Shown here: piece after piece, positions 1-13,788 of the stretch
Layout of the letters: each line of letters opens with the position of its first letter
How positions within the stretch are numbered: the stretch's first letter is position 1
Source of the DNA: Lytechinus pictus
Taxonomy: Eukaryota
Direction of reading: 5' to 3'
Assembly (NCBI RefSeq): GCF_037042905.1
Contig: NC_087251.1
Span: forward strand, 14,510,001-14,574,000
DNA length: 64,000 nt
Position numbers and translations under genes: made by a program
The notes under the pieces: model-generated
Seen by the model: the letters and a program-made list of their open reading frames with translations, nothing else
Databases searched by the model: none
Told to the model about the DNA's origin: nothing

Positions 1-1836
1 ATAAAGGAAGATACCAAAAGCTTTTATGCATAATGTGAGAACGAAACAGAATGTAAAGGATTCTGTCGGGCCTCTTAAGAATGAATCTGGCGAAACAATT
101 AACCCAGGAGTTGATACAGTTAACGCCCTCAACAACTACTTTGCGACATCTTTACAGATGAGAAAGATGAAGCACCCATTCCTGAAACTATATCTCAAGG
201 ACCTAATGACATGTTTCTCAAAGAGTTCTTGATAACTGATGAATGTGTCAAAAAGAAGTGCTTGATCCAACTGAGGCTGTAAGACCAGATGAGATACATC
301 CAGTCATTCTCACGACTATGGCAACCCAATTATGTGTACCCCTAGCCTACATCAACAGGTCCTTAGAAGAAGGAATAGTGCCTACAGATTGGAAACTTGC
401 CCATGTTATCCCAATCTTCAAAAAAGGATCAAGGTCTAAGCCTAGCAACTATATACCAATCAGCCGTATTTCAACGTCTGGTAACGTGATGGAAAGCATA
501 ATTAGAGACAAGATAACTGAGCACGTTGACAAATATAACCTTATCTATGACACTCAACATGGCTTCCCCAACTGAATGCAAACAACAACGAACCTGCTGG
601 TGTATCTCGATCGAACTCGTCACAAAGAGAGTGGATGAGGGTACACCACGTCGTATATCCAACGAATTGTTAACCGTGTATTGTATTTCTGTGCGTATAT
701 CTAGATCTAGCAAAAGCATACTGACACTGTGGCACACAAAAGATTAATCAGGAAAAATTGAAGAACATGGAATCGGTGGTAAGTTACTACAGTGGATCAA
801 ATGTTGGCTCAGTGATCGTAAACAAAGAGTTAGTACACAGGGAGCAGAATCCAATCGGAGGCAAGTTACCAGCTCCGTTGTTCAAGGCTCTTTGCTGGGC
901 CCAATCTGTGTTTTTTTTGCACGTAAATGATACGAATATTGGAATCAACAATGACTACAAAAAACAGCAAATTTGCAGATGATACCAAGCTTATAAATAC
1001 ATGCTGTACTAATTGACGATGACACACAATTTATGCAACAATCGATCAATCACCTCGATAGATCGGCAGCAAAATGGCTAATGAGACAAGTGTGGAATTA
1101 TGCACTTTGAATCCAACAACCCTCACCAAATGTATTCACTGAATGGCTCTGCACTAAAAGTAACAGTCGAAGATAATGATCTAGGCATTCCTGTCAATAA
1201 ATCACTAAAAGTTGCTTCCCCGATGTGCAGCAGCGGCCAAGAGAGGTAATAAGGTACTAGGGATGATCGCAATTTTACCTATAAAAACAGACAAGTGATC
1301 CTGAAATTATATAAATCGCTGGACGTCCACATTTGGATAATACAATGCAGACTTGGAATTCATACCTAGCAAATGACAAAAAAATACTGGAGAAGGTCCA
1401 ACCAAGATCTACGAAAATGATCCCTGATATCCATTACCTATCCTATGACAGGCTCGCCAGATTAAACCTTAATACGTTGGAAAGGAGACCTCATTCAAAC
1501 ATACCGAATCATGACACAAATGGACAAATCAAACCCGGACAATTATATCCAGAGAGCATAGTGTACCAGAACAAGAGGACACTCTCTTAAATTTGTCAAG
1601 CAACGATCTAGACTGGATATTAAGGAAACACTTCATCAGCCAATGGGTTGTTGATCAATGGATTAAACCCCCACAGTCCACAGTTGATGCAGCAACAATT
1701 CTGCATTTTAAGATACAATGATCAAAACTGGGTTATTAAATGGGCTCTAAGATCCTTCTTAATCCTGTCACACTCATCTGTACATCCTCGTCGTGAAGAC
1801 AGTGAGATGTAGCCATCAAGGTAACTTTAAGGTAAC
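1..1836 (+). mobile_element. Decayed CR1-type LINE, reverse-transcriptase region and 3' end (5' part outside window)
   Basis: Frame-broken ORFs carry RT-LINE motifs: 'PDEIHP', 'SLEEGIVPTDWKLAHVIPIFKKG..SNYIPIS', 'QHGF', FADDTK (tttgcagatgataccaag, ~972-989), 'LEKVQ.R.TKMIP'. Ends in a short repeated tail (aaggtaactttaaggtaac). Confidence 0.85.
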
Positions 1837-2385
1837 AGAATGGTGTTAATGTCTTATACAGGATCCTGCACTGAAATAAGTATTATAACTTAATGTTGGC
1901 TCTGTTGAAATTGATAATGCTTCCTGATTTCTACAGTTCATATTATCATAATTATCATTGGTTGTTATGAAACACTGCCAAAATGTAAAAGTATTGACAA
2001 TACGTAAATACTGCATTGTACTAATTCAGCATGTTACGATATCGGGGAAACATCTTGTCATGAACAATAACTGTTTTTAAAGAAAATACGAGCATTAAAA
2101 TTAGGTCGTCTCTGTGGTTAAATTTACAAGATAAACGAGTATATTAATTATTATGACTTTTTACTCCCCTCTGTTTCCTTCCTCTTTTCCATCGTAAACT
2201 CTCTCTCTCACTCCCATATACACGCACGCACACACCCACACATACTCTTTCTTTCTGTCTCTTGCCTTCTCACTTGTCTTTTCTCCCCCTTTTGCTACTC
2301 AATTCCATCCTGTCCTAACATCTCTCTCTCTCTCTCTCCCTCCCTCTCTCCCCTCGATTATTCCTTCTCTCTCTCTGCATTCCAG

Positions 2386-2537
2386 GAGCTTTGTACGATG
2401 CCAGTGGGAGTTACCACTCTGCATATTATGTCGCTGGAGCTTCCACTCTCTTTGCAGTCTTCCTCTTTGTCATCCAGGCTCTTCTCAGAAAGCGTTCCAT
2501 CAGCAGTCAAGACATTAGTAAAGAAAGAAAATCTTAG
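2386..2537 (+). CDS. Terminal coding exon of an MFS transporter, SLC16/monocarboxylate-transporter-like
   Basis: Long polypyrimidine tract and ttccag acceptor at 2385. Read as a phase-1 exon it gives (G)ALYDASGSYHSAYYVAGASTLFAVFLFVIQALLRKRSISSQDISKERKS*, with the G-x-L-x-D-x-x-G-x-Y motif before the last TM helix typical of SLC16. Upstream exons lie outside the window. Confidence 0.75.
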
Positions 2538-5426
2538 GTCGTATGTGGAATTGAATTAATTCTAGGTGCACAAATCTTTCGCCTCAAATTGGCAACAATT
2601 GATATTTTATGTATTCATTGGCTTTGTCAAATGAATAGATATTGGTATAACATGAGTAAAAGTAAAGAACAAAAGTATGAGAAGCCAAACAGAAGCCAGC
2701 GTTTGTTTTTATGGCCTTTTACAATGGCACATTTCATGCCCCGTCGCCTCATTCCATTATGTACATGTGCCTAATTATTCATTCTTAAAAGAAGTATGTG
2801 GTTTTCAAATATGTACAAAAGAATAATCTAATGAAAATAATTTATGTTTCAAAATTATTCCAGCCTTTGTGCTTATTAAATAAATTAATTTTACAACTTT
2901 TAAAAAGCCATATTTGCCAAAGTTGTATCAGTACACTTTAAAAATAAATCTGAATAATATAGTCTGCCTCTTATCAAGTAAAGAAATAATAATGTAATTT
3001 GGGATGTATTTATGTCTATTCTATTTTTTTTTCTTTTGTGGGGAAGGGTGTTTAGATTGTGCAAATAATATATCAATGGTTGATAATCACAATAAGTGTA
3101 CATAACTGTCTACATGAGCCATAATATTTAGTTGCGTATGGTTGCAACTTGTGTTAATCCACTCATGGACAAATCACAAATATTCATTAGTACATTGCTC
3201 TTTCATGATTTCATCTGACACGTACTTCATGCAGTCTTTCCTTCTTTTTTGTTAATGGATTGGTGAAAGTCTGTATTATTACATGTTACAAGTGACCAAT
3301 TGTGCAAAACAGTATTTAGAACATCATATTTATTTGCTTATATGAAGTGTATTTTTCTTACTGATTTGTTACTAGCAATAATAGTTATGATTTTCAAGTA
3401 CTGATTTTATGATATCTTTCATCGACAAAATACAATGATAAATATATTTTGTTCTGATCATATCCATTTTTTTCTATATTTGGCATATTTTTTCACAGTA
3501 TGTGCTTTATATAATGCAAGAGAGTGATTTTCCTATAAAGTGATCAATGAATCAGTTAAAGTGAAATTGTTTCAATGTGTCAGCTATGAAGTCGATTTCC
3601 TCTGAAATGGGTTTGCACCGTCGTATGTGGGATATGACGGTTCGGATGACCGCCGACAAATTTTATTTATCATTATTTTTGTTCAGCATTCTGTCATTAC
3701 CCCGGTTCGTCTGTAAACTGATTATTAATTTTTGTAATAAAAAAAAATGATATTAAAGCGGCATTGTGTTAATTGCATGCATATTTTGTGTGAAAATAGT
3801 ATTTTGGCAGTTCTCGCCAGTCAGAAGTAGTTTTGGGGAAGGGGATTAGTATAGGGTGAGGCGCCGGGGGTGATTGCTCATTGTCCTGGTGATTATTTTG
3901 ATGGTGTTCTTTTTTTGTCGAGAGATACGTTAGTTGCCCTGGAGCTTTACCGCCCTTTAGTTAATTAGGGACTTTTCGTACCGAGACACAGAACGAATTC
4001 AAGAATACAGTAAATGTATTGAAATTGCCCGCCAAATGACAATGAATTGCTAGGAGGTCATTGTCGAAAATTGATGAACCGGAACAGCAATTTCGTCTAA
4101 TTATCGGAGCTGACGAAAAACTGCAAATACATGTTAATGTTGTTTGTCCAGCGTCTCCGGGACGAAACTGCTGTAAATGATTTACCAGTTTCAACCGAAA
4201 AGACTTGTTGGCTGTTCTTTGCCATGAAGGGCGTTGGATAATACATTTTCTTTGTTCTTAAAAGCGTTCTGCGTCGCGGTGATAAAAGTGACTGAGATCA
4301 CGGAATGTCTTAGCGGTTAGTGATTCAGTGGCGATTATGCCAAGGAGGGTCGCAAGAGCCCATCTATTTTGACTAGCAGAAGAATTAAAGCAATTTTACC
4401 GTCTCATGTGATGAATTAGATCCTGTCAGGAGATGTCTTAATAAATGCCGATTTTTTTTCTTAAAATGAGCCGGTCAAGGAACCCTTTTCTAATCATTCA
4501 TTCATTCATTTACATTTATTTCGTTCATATTAAATATAACATGTACAAAACATATTGAAATAGGAATATACAAGAAATAGAAATAATTTATGAAACGAGG
4601 AGACAGCTTCGAAGGCAGAGAAGCCTTATTAGTGTTGACACCAATAGTCAGATATATATCCATCCTTTTGTAGTAAACATTAGATCCTCTAATTTCATCC
4701 TTTTTATTTTTTAAGTGCTACCTTAACACACGAGTCTCTAACGGCAAGCACACTTTCTTGAACCTGCCGCTTGATGGCATGCTTTTGTTCAGTATAGTAT
4801 ACCGGATCGGAGCTATCTATGAATAGCTGTAGTGTACCATAGGGGGGTTTTGTGATTGTAACTGAATGACATTTTGTGATTTGTATCTGAAACTTTAAAA
4901 TCCTTTTAAGAGAAAGAATGTCATTTAAAAAATCAGTTTAATTTCTTCATCTAATTGACGTTAAAAACATCTATCATTTTTTAAATGTACGATTGTGTGC
5001 AAAAATAAGATTGTTTTTATATTTCCAATATTTTATATATTTTTATTCCTTATCAAGATTTATTATTATTATTGTTATTATCATCAGTTATTATTACTAT
5101 TGTTATTATTGTTATTATTATCATTATTACCTTTTATCATAACAACCTATTTTCAAATACGATATGGTGCATTTGATTCCAACGTAAAAAATCGATTTTG
5201 GTCCCCCCAGAAAAATTGGATTCAGCCCATTTTTGCAATCAAGCTCTTCATAATATCATATAGATGTAAGTGAAGATATATTGGGTCAGATGCATAAAAA
5301 GAAGCAATTGCTTTTGCTAGGCTTTTGCTTGATTCCGTATGCATAAAAATGAGCGAGCAAATGCTTTTGCTAGTAAGTTCAAGCAATCGCTGACTGACTG
5401 CTAGCATTTCCTTGACGATTAATTAA

Positions 5427-6024
5427 AGGGGAATCCAGCCTTGGCTATAAAATATTGTGTTGGGAAGGAGAAAAATAAATTAAACAGAATGGTGAAAGTT
5501 TGAAAGAAATCGGACAAGCAATAAGAAAGTTATAGCTGCTTTAAAATAAAGGGTCACTAATACTATGTAGATTTCAAATTGGCAACTGAGTGAGTAAATT
5601 ATGACAAGGGGCAAGGACAACTTTCCCATAGGCCATGTACTTTATTATCAGGGATTTGTGGTTTTCTCCTAAGTACCCATTCCCCTAGGGCAGTAATCTA
5701 AATATAACCCAGGTAGTATATATTGTTTTATGTCCTCATGAAAGAAAAATATAATTTGAAATAAAACTTTTGGGGAAAATGACATTTTAGCCATAATATG
5801 TATTGGAGTACATGGAAGAGTAGTCCTTGCCTTACATCACTATGACTTCCCATATGCGGCCAATTTGAAGTCTCCATGGGTATAGTGATTACCAATATTT
5901 ATAACTTTTAAAAATTCATAACTTTCTTATTGTTTGTCCAATATTTTTCAAACTTTCACCTATCAACTTGTCTGATTTTTCTTTTCCTTATAAAAACAAG
6001 TTTTTATTTGGGTTGGATTCCCCT
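5427..6024. mobile_element. TTAA-flanked MITE (Kolobok-type)
   Basis: ttaa|aggggaatccagcc ... ggttggattcccct|ttaa with long imperfect TIRs. Confidence 0.8.
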
Positions 6025-6079
6025 TTAAGCTATTGCTAAAGGCGTACGCATAAAGCCAGTATTTTGCGTGTGCGTTTAA

Positions 6080-7014
6080 GGACGTTCCACAATTAAAGTG
6101 AAATCCATGTCATTTTCACCAAACTTTGCACATAGATACTTTAGAACCTTAATATTCGAAATATGCAAAAATTAACATAGGTCCATGTGCTTGATTTTTT
6201 GCTATAGAGCTTCAAAGTTCACCCAAATTGATGTTCTTAAGAATTGCGCATTCAAAAGAATTTGGCATTTTTAGACCGCCCAAGATTACTACAATGAGTT
6301 TAAACCTTCATTACTCATTCAAAATACATGAAAAAGTCATCAAATTTCACAAGAGAGTTAATAATTGTATCGTTAGAATGGAGAATCTGTTAATAGTGCT
6401 ATTTGTTTGCAATTTTAAGTTTAACAGCACTGTCAGTTCTTAAAAATGGCGTAAAAGATAACAAAATCCCAATCTGAAAAATGTAAAATTTCAGTAACAA
6501 AATACAAACGTACAATAAATGCTGCACTTTATTCAAAATCCATGTCATTTTCACCAAAATTTGCAGAGTTGTAGAGGAAGGTATACCTAAGAGGTAGAAA
6601 CATTAAGAAATAGGGGTTCATGTGCTTGTTTTTAAACTATCAGCATTTTTATTAGAGCAAATGTGCTTTTTAAAACACCAAAAATGGGCCGAATGCTTAG
6701 TATCTATGTGAAGAAAAAATCAAAACCACTCTACCATTTATTCAAACTCGGGCTAATATTCGTGATTCTTGGCAGCACTGCAGAGTAAAGTATTTTGAAA
6801 TCGTAGAGAATATTTTTTTGAATGGTCCATGGAATAATTCAATTTTTTAGCTTCATGAAATAACGCATCGGATCTGCAGTTAAAGTGCAGAAGACGAGAA
6901 AAATCAGCTCATACCCGCAGCTAATTAATATCTGTTCATCCATTGTGACGTCAGCGCGCAGAGTGTAAACTATGCGCAGATCATAATGCGCACAAATATA
7001 ACTGTGGAACGTCC
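6080..7014. mobile_element. TTAA-flanked MITE (Kolobok-type), 935 bp, copy 1
   Basis: ttaa|ggacgttccaca ... tgtggaacgtcc|ttaa. A near-identical copy of the same length lies at 58607-59541. Confidence 0.85.
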
Positions 7015-8951
7015 TTAAGCACTTGTTGGGGTTTTAAGCTCCGTCAGAGCAGCTTGAGCGTTTACTTCATCAGGGTTTTCGCGTTTTTAAATCATGTTTA
7101 TACACTTGAGAGAGAAGCGTACCGTAACCTACATGTCCTTGTTTCCTTCCTAATAAGTGCTAACCAAATTCCACATATATGAATTTATCAACAAGCAAGA
7201 AACGAGTTATTTTGACATCACGTCTGAGGAAAAGATGTTTAAGGAAAAAAACGGTAATTTGCTCTGCCACACCTTTGTGTTCGAGTCCTGCCTTTTCTGC
7301 GAGTCGTGTTCTCACTAGCATAGCGTGACGTCGCTGTTGTTCAAACCGCTAGCAATAGCTTTCTGAAGGCAAGAAAAGGGACAGTCAAGCACTAGCAAGG
7401 GGTTATGCATATGAAATAAAGCAATTGTTGAAGCATAATCTTTTGCTTGGCTAGCTATTGCTTGTGCTTGAAGCGATTGCTTGCCAGCAATTGCTAATTT
7501 TTATGCATCTGACCCAATGATGCAGGACGCAGCTTTTAGAGATTATATTATGAAAGCTTTCGGCCGTTTATCGGACCATCATGAGGCTTACATGAATATC
7601 ATAGAAAAAACCAGAATAAAACACATGTGAATAAGAACATGAAAAAAAAATAAAAGAAAGGTAACGAAAAGATGGAGTAGGCAACAGAACGGATTGTTGT
7701 GTAAAATGGGAAAATATTCGGTGAGAATCGAAGAAACTTTGAAGACTCGAAACAGAGAAAGAGAGACTGTTCGGTGAGAATTGAAGAAACAGATAAAGTG
7801 AGACTGATCTACAGTCACCGAATATTTTCACATTTTACAGAATTCCGTTTTGTATTTACCAGTGACTGGATAGTGTATGAACGAGCGAACAATGGCGGGA
7901 AATTTTGAATAGCTGATGGGCAGCCAAGAGTGAATGCGTATTTTGCCGACAGGTATAAACAAAGCCGTACTCCCAGCAATGGCGTATGCGGAGGCGCCAC
8001 AGCGACCACGATGACAGCAGAATCTAAACAGCGGATATATGTGATAACTTCATATCGACAGAGTTTCTTTTTCTGATATGTATGAGTGGGACAAGAAGGA
8101 GCTTCAGTACGTGATGTTAAACATTAGTTTGGTGATAACCGGGTAAGTCAGTGAAATAGGCCTAATTTAATTATCTACAATAATATTCCCCTTGGAGCCA
8201 GTTTCATACAAGTTGGGCACCATGCTTGTCCACAAAATGCACGATCGGCGATCATGAACGCGCGTACTGAAAATGGCGAAAATCATGGGGATATTGTCTA
8301 TTTTTAGCAGCCTATCCCAAGTGGTGCATAAAAATAGGGTATATGATATGTCACCCTATCGTAAAAATATAATATTTGTGGTATTATTTAGGGTGGGAAA
8401 GCGTGACATAATTTTTATTTGTTGAGTGTAATCTGAGATCAAATCTCGATATTACTATATAGCTTGTTTATGGTCCTTTTGAAAGTCCGTGGACGAGCAT
8501 CCATCTTGTTTGACAATGGCCCACGGCCGGGAAGCGAAAAATTGTGGTCGCTCGCGTTGCATGCTATGAATGAATCAGCACCCTAAAATTGCCGGTACCC
8601 TTCTAACGTTAGGCCTTGGCCACTCAAGGGTTCGTTAACTCATTACATGCCCCCGCACACATAAAATCAAGCCATAGAAATCGTGTGTTATTGTGGACGC
8701 CAGAAGTGGCGTCGCTAGTTAGAAATCCATCTGCTAGTTAGAAATCTTTGTGCGAGGTTAGTATACCAATAGGCCTACTAACCTCGTATTAGTGTGAGTG
8801 GGCCTTAGGCTTAGATCTAGATCCAATTACACTTATCAGATTGCCATTAATGACAAGACCATGGCTAGCGCCGTAGGCCCCGGGGCGTAGGCTAGGGCAT
8901 TAGGCACTATCTCATTGGTTTAACGTAAGTAAACTTAAAGTTCGGAATTAA

Positions 8952-9335
8952 AGATAAATACCAGTTGTGGTAACGATCTAAAAATGAGTTCGATCAGAAT
9001 CCAATGAAATTACCACCTAAGTGTTTGTATGTATAAATTAAAAAAAATTGCCAAATAGCTCTGACATAAAATGCGTAAAAATGCCAAATAAGCACGGAAT
9101 CCCATCAAATGTCGGGTATTTTTCGAAGCGATATATATTAATGCACTGTGCCAGATATGCTTTTTCAGTGTTAGTGATCATCAGAATTATCGATTTTTAC
9201 CTGAAATTTCATGATTTTACAAAGATAAGTTTACATTAATGTACCAGATCTAGATTTATGTTAATATTTTGACAATAAGTCTTGATTTAAAAGACTTTTT
9301 TAATGAAATAGAATGTCTAATTATTTGCTGCAACT
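8952..9335. mobile_element. TTAA-type MITE, decayed (related copies at ~20560-20760 and 61210-61600)
   Basis: Starts ttaa|agataaataccagttgtggtaacgatc. The reverse complement of this terminus recurs near 20740 and 61570-61600. Confidence 0.55.
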
Positions 9336-12007
9336 AGATATAAAACCCTTTACTGTTACCAGGTTACTATAACCACTTCTAACTTCCCGTGGCATTATTC
9401 GGTTGCGGGCATCACAGACAGGTCCAGATTTCAGATAAGTTAGTGCCCTAGCCTAGACAAGCCATAGCATAGCCTAACCTAGAATTTTGTCTTGTAATTA
9501 ATGACAATTTGGCCCGTATTCTGATAGCAGGTTTAATTTAACCCTAGTCTAAAGTTAACCCTGGTTTAACTAAACCTCCTCTAAACCTCACCTCTGGTCT
9601 AAGTGTAGTTTAATTATTTTGGTATTCTGATAGCCGGGTTTAACTAAACCTGGGTTAAACCCGGGTTTAAAATTATTTTTGGAAATAATAACCCTCTTTT
9701 AACCGGCAAGACTAGCACCTTTTTGGTAAATTACTGCTGCAGGGATGATTGCAACAAAGTTGAAAAAATGTTACTAAAGTTGTTTTTTCTTAAAAATTTG
9801 GATTTTATGGAAACTAATTACAACTATTGTAGTGAAAGAAAATCATTCATCACCCATATATGGTAAGAAATTTTCTTTAAGTTTTTCTTTATTTTTGTTA
9901 ATTACTAAAACATTTCAACCCCAAACCGAGTGACTTGCACAGTTTTTTGTGTATCAGTCCCATTCATTGCTTTTCATGTTTGTCAAAATCTAAATTGAAT
10001 AGATTCCCCTCAACCATACTCTAGACTAGAGTCTAGACTCTAGTCCTAGATCTAAAACAATAAGTTAAGAGGTCGACGTTTTTATTCTAACTTTAAGTAA
10101 GGGAATTTTTTTTTAACTTTTGAGAGTAGTCTTGGGTCTGACATTAGGCCTATAGTTAGATCTAGCCTAGGCCCAATTGTTTGGAGGAGAATTGAACATT
10201 GTTTTGACTGTTTTACTTTTACTTTCCTGAAGCAAAACGTGTCTACGATACGTAGTCTAGTGAGTTAGTGGAGCGACCGAGACTTAAGATACATATTGGT
10301 CTAGGCCTAGAACAACATATTCAGGACTTAGGCTGGCTTAGCTTAGGGACAGGGATAGATATAGATTATTATTCTAACCTTAGAGTTAGATCTAACAAAC
10401 TTAGTGGAATACGAATAGATCTGATTTGTCTTAGACAAAAAGCTTTGAACAGTATCTGGGACCGGGTCTGGGACAGGGATCATACTATTACTAACTTAGA
10501 TAGGCCTAGGCCTATACAGATTATTCTAACCTTAGATCTAGTGGATAGATCTGATACTCTTACTTAGACAAAAAGCTTTGAACAGTCTCTGTATTACTAT
10601 TGGTTGCTCGCTGAACTATGACAGTCTATGTTGGCCTCTCTCACCAAGGCAATGTGATACGACAGTAAAATGTCAGAATTTTTAAAATAAATCCCCAGAA
10701 ACAACGGTTATTCCTGTCTACATTAGGCCTACAGTGTTACTGTTAGATCCAACTATCGCTGCATTGCTTGCCAAGTAACTAGGCCTGGCTAAATTTAGAA
10801 TTAGTCCTAGACATCTCTCTACTCCGGTTTTAGGTCCATATCTGTTTCTTTGAAGAGTTTTTTATTTAATTTTAAACATTTTTGGGGACTCGTTTAGGTT
10901 TCCAGATCCAGGACTAGAAAACAGGCTTGAACCTAGACCAACAGCTCATTCTTGACTAGACTAGGCCTGTCCTGGATTTATGTAAGAATTTAGATCTTGG
11001 CCTAACGTTTGTCTGTGCTATCTATTCTTTCTAGATTCTATTTCTAGCCTAGCCGGTAGCCCTAACATTAGGACTGGCTGATCTAGTCTACTGTATGATC
11101 TAGAATGTCTAACGCTGGCCTAGATCTAGTAGACTAAATAACTTAGACTAAAAGTTAGACCCTATCTAGACCTAGAACTAGATCTATATCAATCTAGGTC
11201 TACATGTAATAGGTCTAGATCTAGAGGTTTGTAGACTCTCAACATGCTCAATGTAGATTCTAAAAAAAAAAGTAAATGTAGGCTAGTCTACAGTAGATCT
11301 ACTCATCTAACTTTACTAGGCCTTTAAATGAAGTAGGCTACAGATCTGTTGGATTATTTCTATTACTAGATCTAAAGGATCTAGATCTACAGCTATGGAC
11401 TGTAGTTCGAGATCTAGAGGTCTAGCACCCCCTTAAAACTAGTACTAAGCCTACAGCTACATGTACTAAACTACTATGTAGTTCTCTTTGTAGCCAAACA
11501 ACAGTTAGCATTGTCTTAATCTTATTTTGGTGTGTGTAGTTACCATACAAACACATATTTTGATGAATGAGAAAATGGGCCTTGCAGATTATTTTACCTC
11601 AAGTCAAAACCTAGTGTTCTAAATTTCATGAGCATAGGCCTATGTCATAAAATGAAGACGTAGTTCAATCCATTAGATGTGCTTACACATTTATTGATTT
11701 AATATGCTGTCACCATGGCAACACAGTTTCCAACACATGTATACAAATACACTACTCAAAAAAAGTTAAGGACCACTTTTTAAAACGTACATAAAGATTT
11801 TATACAAGGTGTTTTATTTCTGGAAATACCTCAGTACAACTGTCCTAAATGTCCTTAAACACGCTGTAATCAATTTCACGCATGGGTGGTTTCAGTTGTT
11901 GCACAATGTCTCTCGCATCACTGCACATCCTGAAAAGTGGGCCCCGAGGGGTATCAGCTACCGACATGAAGTGGTAAAAACGAATGTCTGAGTGTCTTTC
12001 AGGCAGT

Positions 12008-13035
12008 TCAGTAACGAGTGTGACCACCTCCTGCAGCAATAACGGCTTCACAGCGCTGTCTCATGGAGCTGATGAGGCGATTGATGTCTCTGACGTCCAG
12101 TGCATCCCATGCAGCCTCCAGAGCCACACCCAGCTGCTGCAGTCCAAGTGGATGGGCTTCGAGCTGCTCGAGACTCCTCCCCATCATGTCCCAGACGTGC
12201 TCTATCGGGTTTAAGTCCGGGGACCTCGCTGGCCACTCCATACGCTCAATCCCCTGGCCCTCAAGGAACTCGGTCACCACCCTAGCTCGGTGGGCACGGG
12301 CATTGTCATCCATGAAAATGATGTTTTGTCCCACATTTTCTGCAAATGGCACCACTATAGGTTCAAGGACCTCATCCCTGTACCTCACTCCTGTCATTGC
12401 TCCCCCTGGGACCACGTAGAGACGAGTACGGTTGGCGTAGGTGATGCCTCCCCACACCATGACGCTGCCTCCCCCATAACGGTCATGTTCTGCAATACAG
12501 GGGTCTGCAAATCTCTCTCCTGGTCGCCTCCAGACTCTCGAACGTCCATCATTGTGGTCAAGGGAAAATCTGCTCTCATCTGTGAACAGAACTCTACGCC
12601 ATTGCTGTCTGGTCCATCTGACATGCTCCCGGGCCCAGTTGAGACGAATTCTTCTGTGAGCAGGGGTGAGTGGGACACACTGAGCTGGCCGTCTGGCATG
12701 CATATTGGCTCTGTGAAGTCGGTTACGTTTGTTTGAGTGGAAACAATCACTCCAGTTGCTGCAGCGAAGTCATTGTTGAGGCGGCGTGCACTGTGAAAGC
12801 GGTTGCGGAGGCTGAGATTTGTCAAGTAGCGATCATCTCTAGGGGTTGTCGAAACTGGTCGGCCACTGCGGGGTCTCTCGGAGTATAGCCCTGTCTCTCG
12901 GTGTCTTTGATTTGCTCTGCTAATGACACTGTGTGACACGCCCATCATTCTGGCTACTCTTCGCTGACTGAGGCCAGCTTCCAGCATCCCTAGGGCTCTG
13001 GCTACATCTGTTTCACTTAGGTGGTGTCTTGGCAT
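12008..13035 (-). pseudogene. Tc1 transposase (DD34E), full length but frameshifted near 12728
   Basis: ATG at 13035 gives MPRHHLSETDVARALGMLEAGLSQRRVAR..RPRSGRP (HTH and GRP motif). The frame shifts at 'VSTQT' and the catalytic part continues FTDESRF, MDDNARAH, WPARSPDLNPIEHVW, with 34 residues between D and E. Confidence 0.9.
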
Positions 13036-13050
13036 TGCTGTTGTAGGCAA

Positions 13051-13788
13051 GTTTCCACTCAAACAATCCGTAACCGACTTCACAGAGCCAATATGCATGC
13101 CAGACGGCCAGCTCAGTGTGTCCCACTCACCCCTGCTCACAGAAGAATTCGTCTCAACTGGGCCCGGGAGCATGTCAGATGGACCAGACAGCAATGGCGT
13201 AGAGTTCTGTTCACAGATGAGAGCAGATTTTCCCTTGACCACAATGATGGACGTTCGAGAGTCTGGAGGCGACCAGGAGAGAGATTTGCAGACCCCTGTA
13301 TTGCAGAACATGACCGTTATGGGGGAGGCAGCGTCATGGTGTGGGGAGGCATCACCTACGCCAACCGTACTCGTCTCTACGTGGTCCCAGGGGGAGCAAT
13401 GACAGGAGTGAGGTACAGGGATGAGGTCCTTGAACCTATAGTGGTGCCATTTGCAGAAAATGTGGGACAAAACATCATTTTCATGGATGACAATGCCCGT
13501 GCCCACCGAGCTAGGGTGGTGACCGAGTTCCTTGAGGGCCAGGGGATTGAGCGTATGGAGTGGCCAGCGAGGTCCCCGGACTTAAACCCGATAGAGCACG
13601 TCTGGGACATGATGGGGAGGAGTCTCGAGCAGCTCGAAGCCCATCCACTTGGACTGCAGCAGCTGGGTGTGGCTCTGGAGGCTGCATGGGATGCACTGGA
13701 CGTCAGAGACATCAATCGCCTCATCAGCTCCATGAGACAGCGCTGTGAAGCCGTTATTGCTGCAGGAGGTGGTCACACTCGTTACTGA
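13051..13788 (+). pseudogene. Tc1 transposase, N-terminally truncated inverted copy (open catalytic domain; first ATG at 13093)
   Basis: Open frame VSTQTIRNRLHRANMHARRP...GGHTRY*, same 231-aa C-terminal protein as the minus-strand arm, lacking most of the DNA-binding region. Confidence 0.85.

Larger units (their letters stand above)
5283..7515. mobile_element. Non-autonomous TIR element (PIF/Harbinger-like) hosting two nested MITEs
   Basis: Inverted termini gggtcagatgcataaaaa ... tttttatgcatctgaccc, with gcaattgc subterminal repeats. TSD is not clean. Confidence 0.65.

Noticed and set aside
12394..13506. 370-aa minus-strand ORF
   Set aside because: Chimera of antisense arm sequence, the true transposase N-terminus and an out-of-frame tail created by the fold-back and frameshift.
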